Assembly: GCA_009886115.1 (NCBI GenBank)
Contig: VFJJ01000045.1
Location: 2,224-66,223, forward strand
Direction: 5' to 3'
DNA from: Actinomycetota bacterium
GTDB lineage: Bacteria > Actinomycetota > Acidimicrobiia > IMCC26256 > VFJJ01
DNA length: 64,000 bases
Positions 63,809 through 64,000 of the stretch are shown piece after piece. Position numbers and translations under genes: made by a program. The stretch's first letter is position 1; each line of letters opens with the position of its first letter. The notes under the pieces are model-generated. The model searched no databases. It was not told the DNA's origin and saw only the letters and a list, made by a program, of their open reading frames with translations.

Positions 63809-64000
63809 GTGCCCGCCCACCGTCGTGACCTCCGCCGCCGCTTGTTCGGGCTCGCTGCGGATCAAGGCGGCTACTTCACGGCGGCGCAGGCCAAGGAGTT
63901 CGGGTACTCCTACCAAGCGCAGGCCCACCACGTGCGTGCCGGGAACTGGCTGCGCATCGACCGGGGCATCTTCCGCCTGGCCGAGTGGCTCCCGGGGCTC
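63809..64000 (+). CDS. AbiEi-family (type IV TA antitoxin / transcriptional regulator) N-terminal part; the 3' end lies outside the window
   Basis: VPAHRRDLRRRLFGLAADQGGYFTAAQAKEFGYSYQAQAHHVRAGNWLRIDRGIFRLAEW matches the AbiEi_4 N-terminal pattern. It is preceded by a distinctly AT-richer 70-nt stretch. Confidence 0.7.
   Translation, partial: MPAHRRDLRRRLFGLAADQGGYFTAAQAKEFGYSYQAQAHHVRAGNWLRIDRGIFRLAEWLPGL

Overview
This is a 64 kb window of very GC-rich, actinobacterium-like chromosome with dense coding on both strands. Many of the long ORFs in the track are antisense or read-through artefacts. I support about 60 CDS, 2 tRNAs, several short tandem repeats and one mobile island. Positions 1-49 kb are mostly housekeeping and catabolic genes: an ABC ATPase with a membrane partner, DUF169, an NfuA-like Fe-S scaffold, and a fatty-acid/steroid-like catabolic block (crotonase, two acyl-CoA dehydrogenases, a P450, a KstD-like flavoprotein, a Zn-ADH, an APH-like kinase, a VOC protein and three luciferase-like monooxygenases). 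This stretch also carries gpmA, azlCD, a sulfatase, malQ, a type IIA topoisomerase B/A pair, a potABCD-like importer, a CvnA-like sensor kinase, a carboxyltransferase, DoxX, PilZ, tRNA-Ser(GCU), an ECF sigma/anti-sigma pair, and an aminotransferase with an MmyB-type regulator. Three things stand out. (1) An ATP-grasp gene is translationally coupled to a B12-domain-type radical SAM gene whose track ORF ends ...WFC at a TGA. That TGA is followed in frame by AEP, a stem-loop and a TAG 15 codons later, which fits a CUAEP-tail selenoprotein. The same gene carries a (GACAGC)x11 microsatellite. (2) A 12.3 kb integrative island lies at tRNA-Arg(ACG), bounded by perfect 44-bp direct repeats (49207-49250 and 61508-61551). 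It carries an integrase, an ImmA/IrrE + DUF4411 pair, an excisionase, and one tightly coupled hsdM-hsdS-hsdR-darT-darG operon in which HsdR has an extra C-terminal AlbA_2/Schlafen-like domain. (3) Directly after attR lies the decayed remnant of a second, related island: an integrase pseudogene, a 67-nt ImmA-gene fragment, an HTH/PIN pair with a truncated PIN, DUF3024 with an in-frame TGA, and the start of an AbiEi gene. This suggests serial accretion of defence/TA cargo at this tRNA. No CRISPR array and no rRNA were seen. All function calls come from reading translations and motifs by eye and from memory of protein families; no searches were run.
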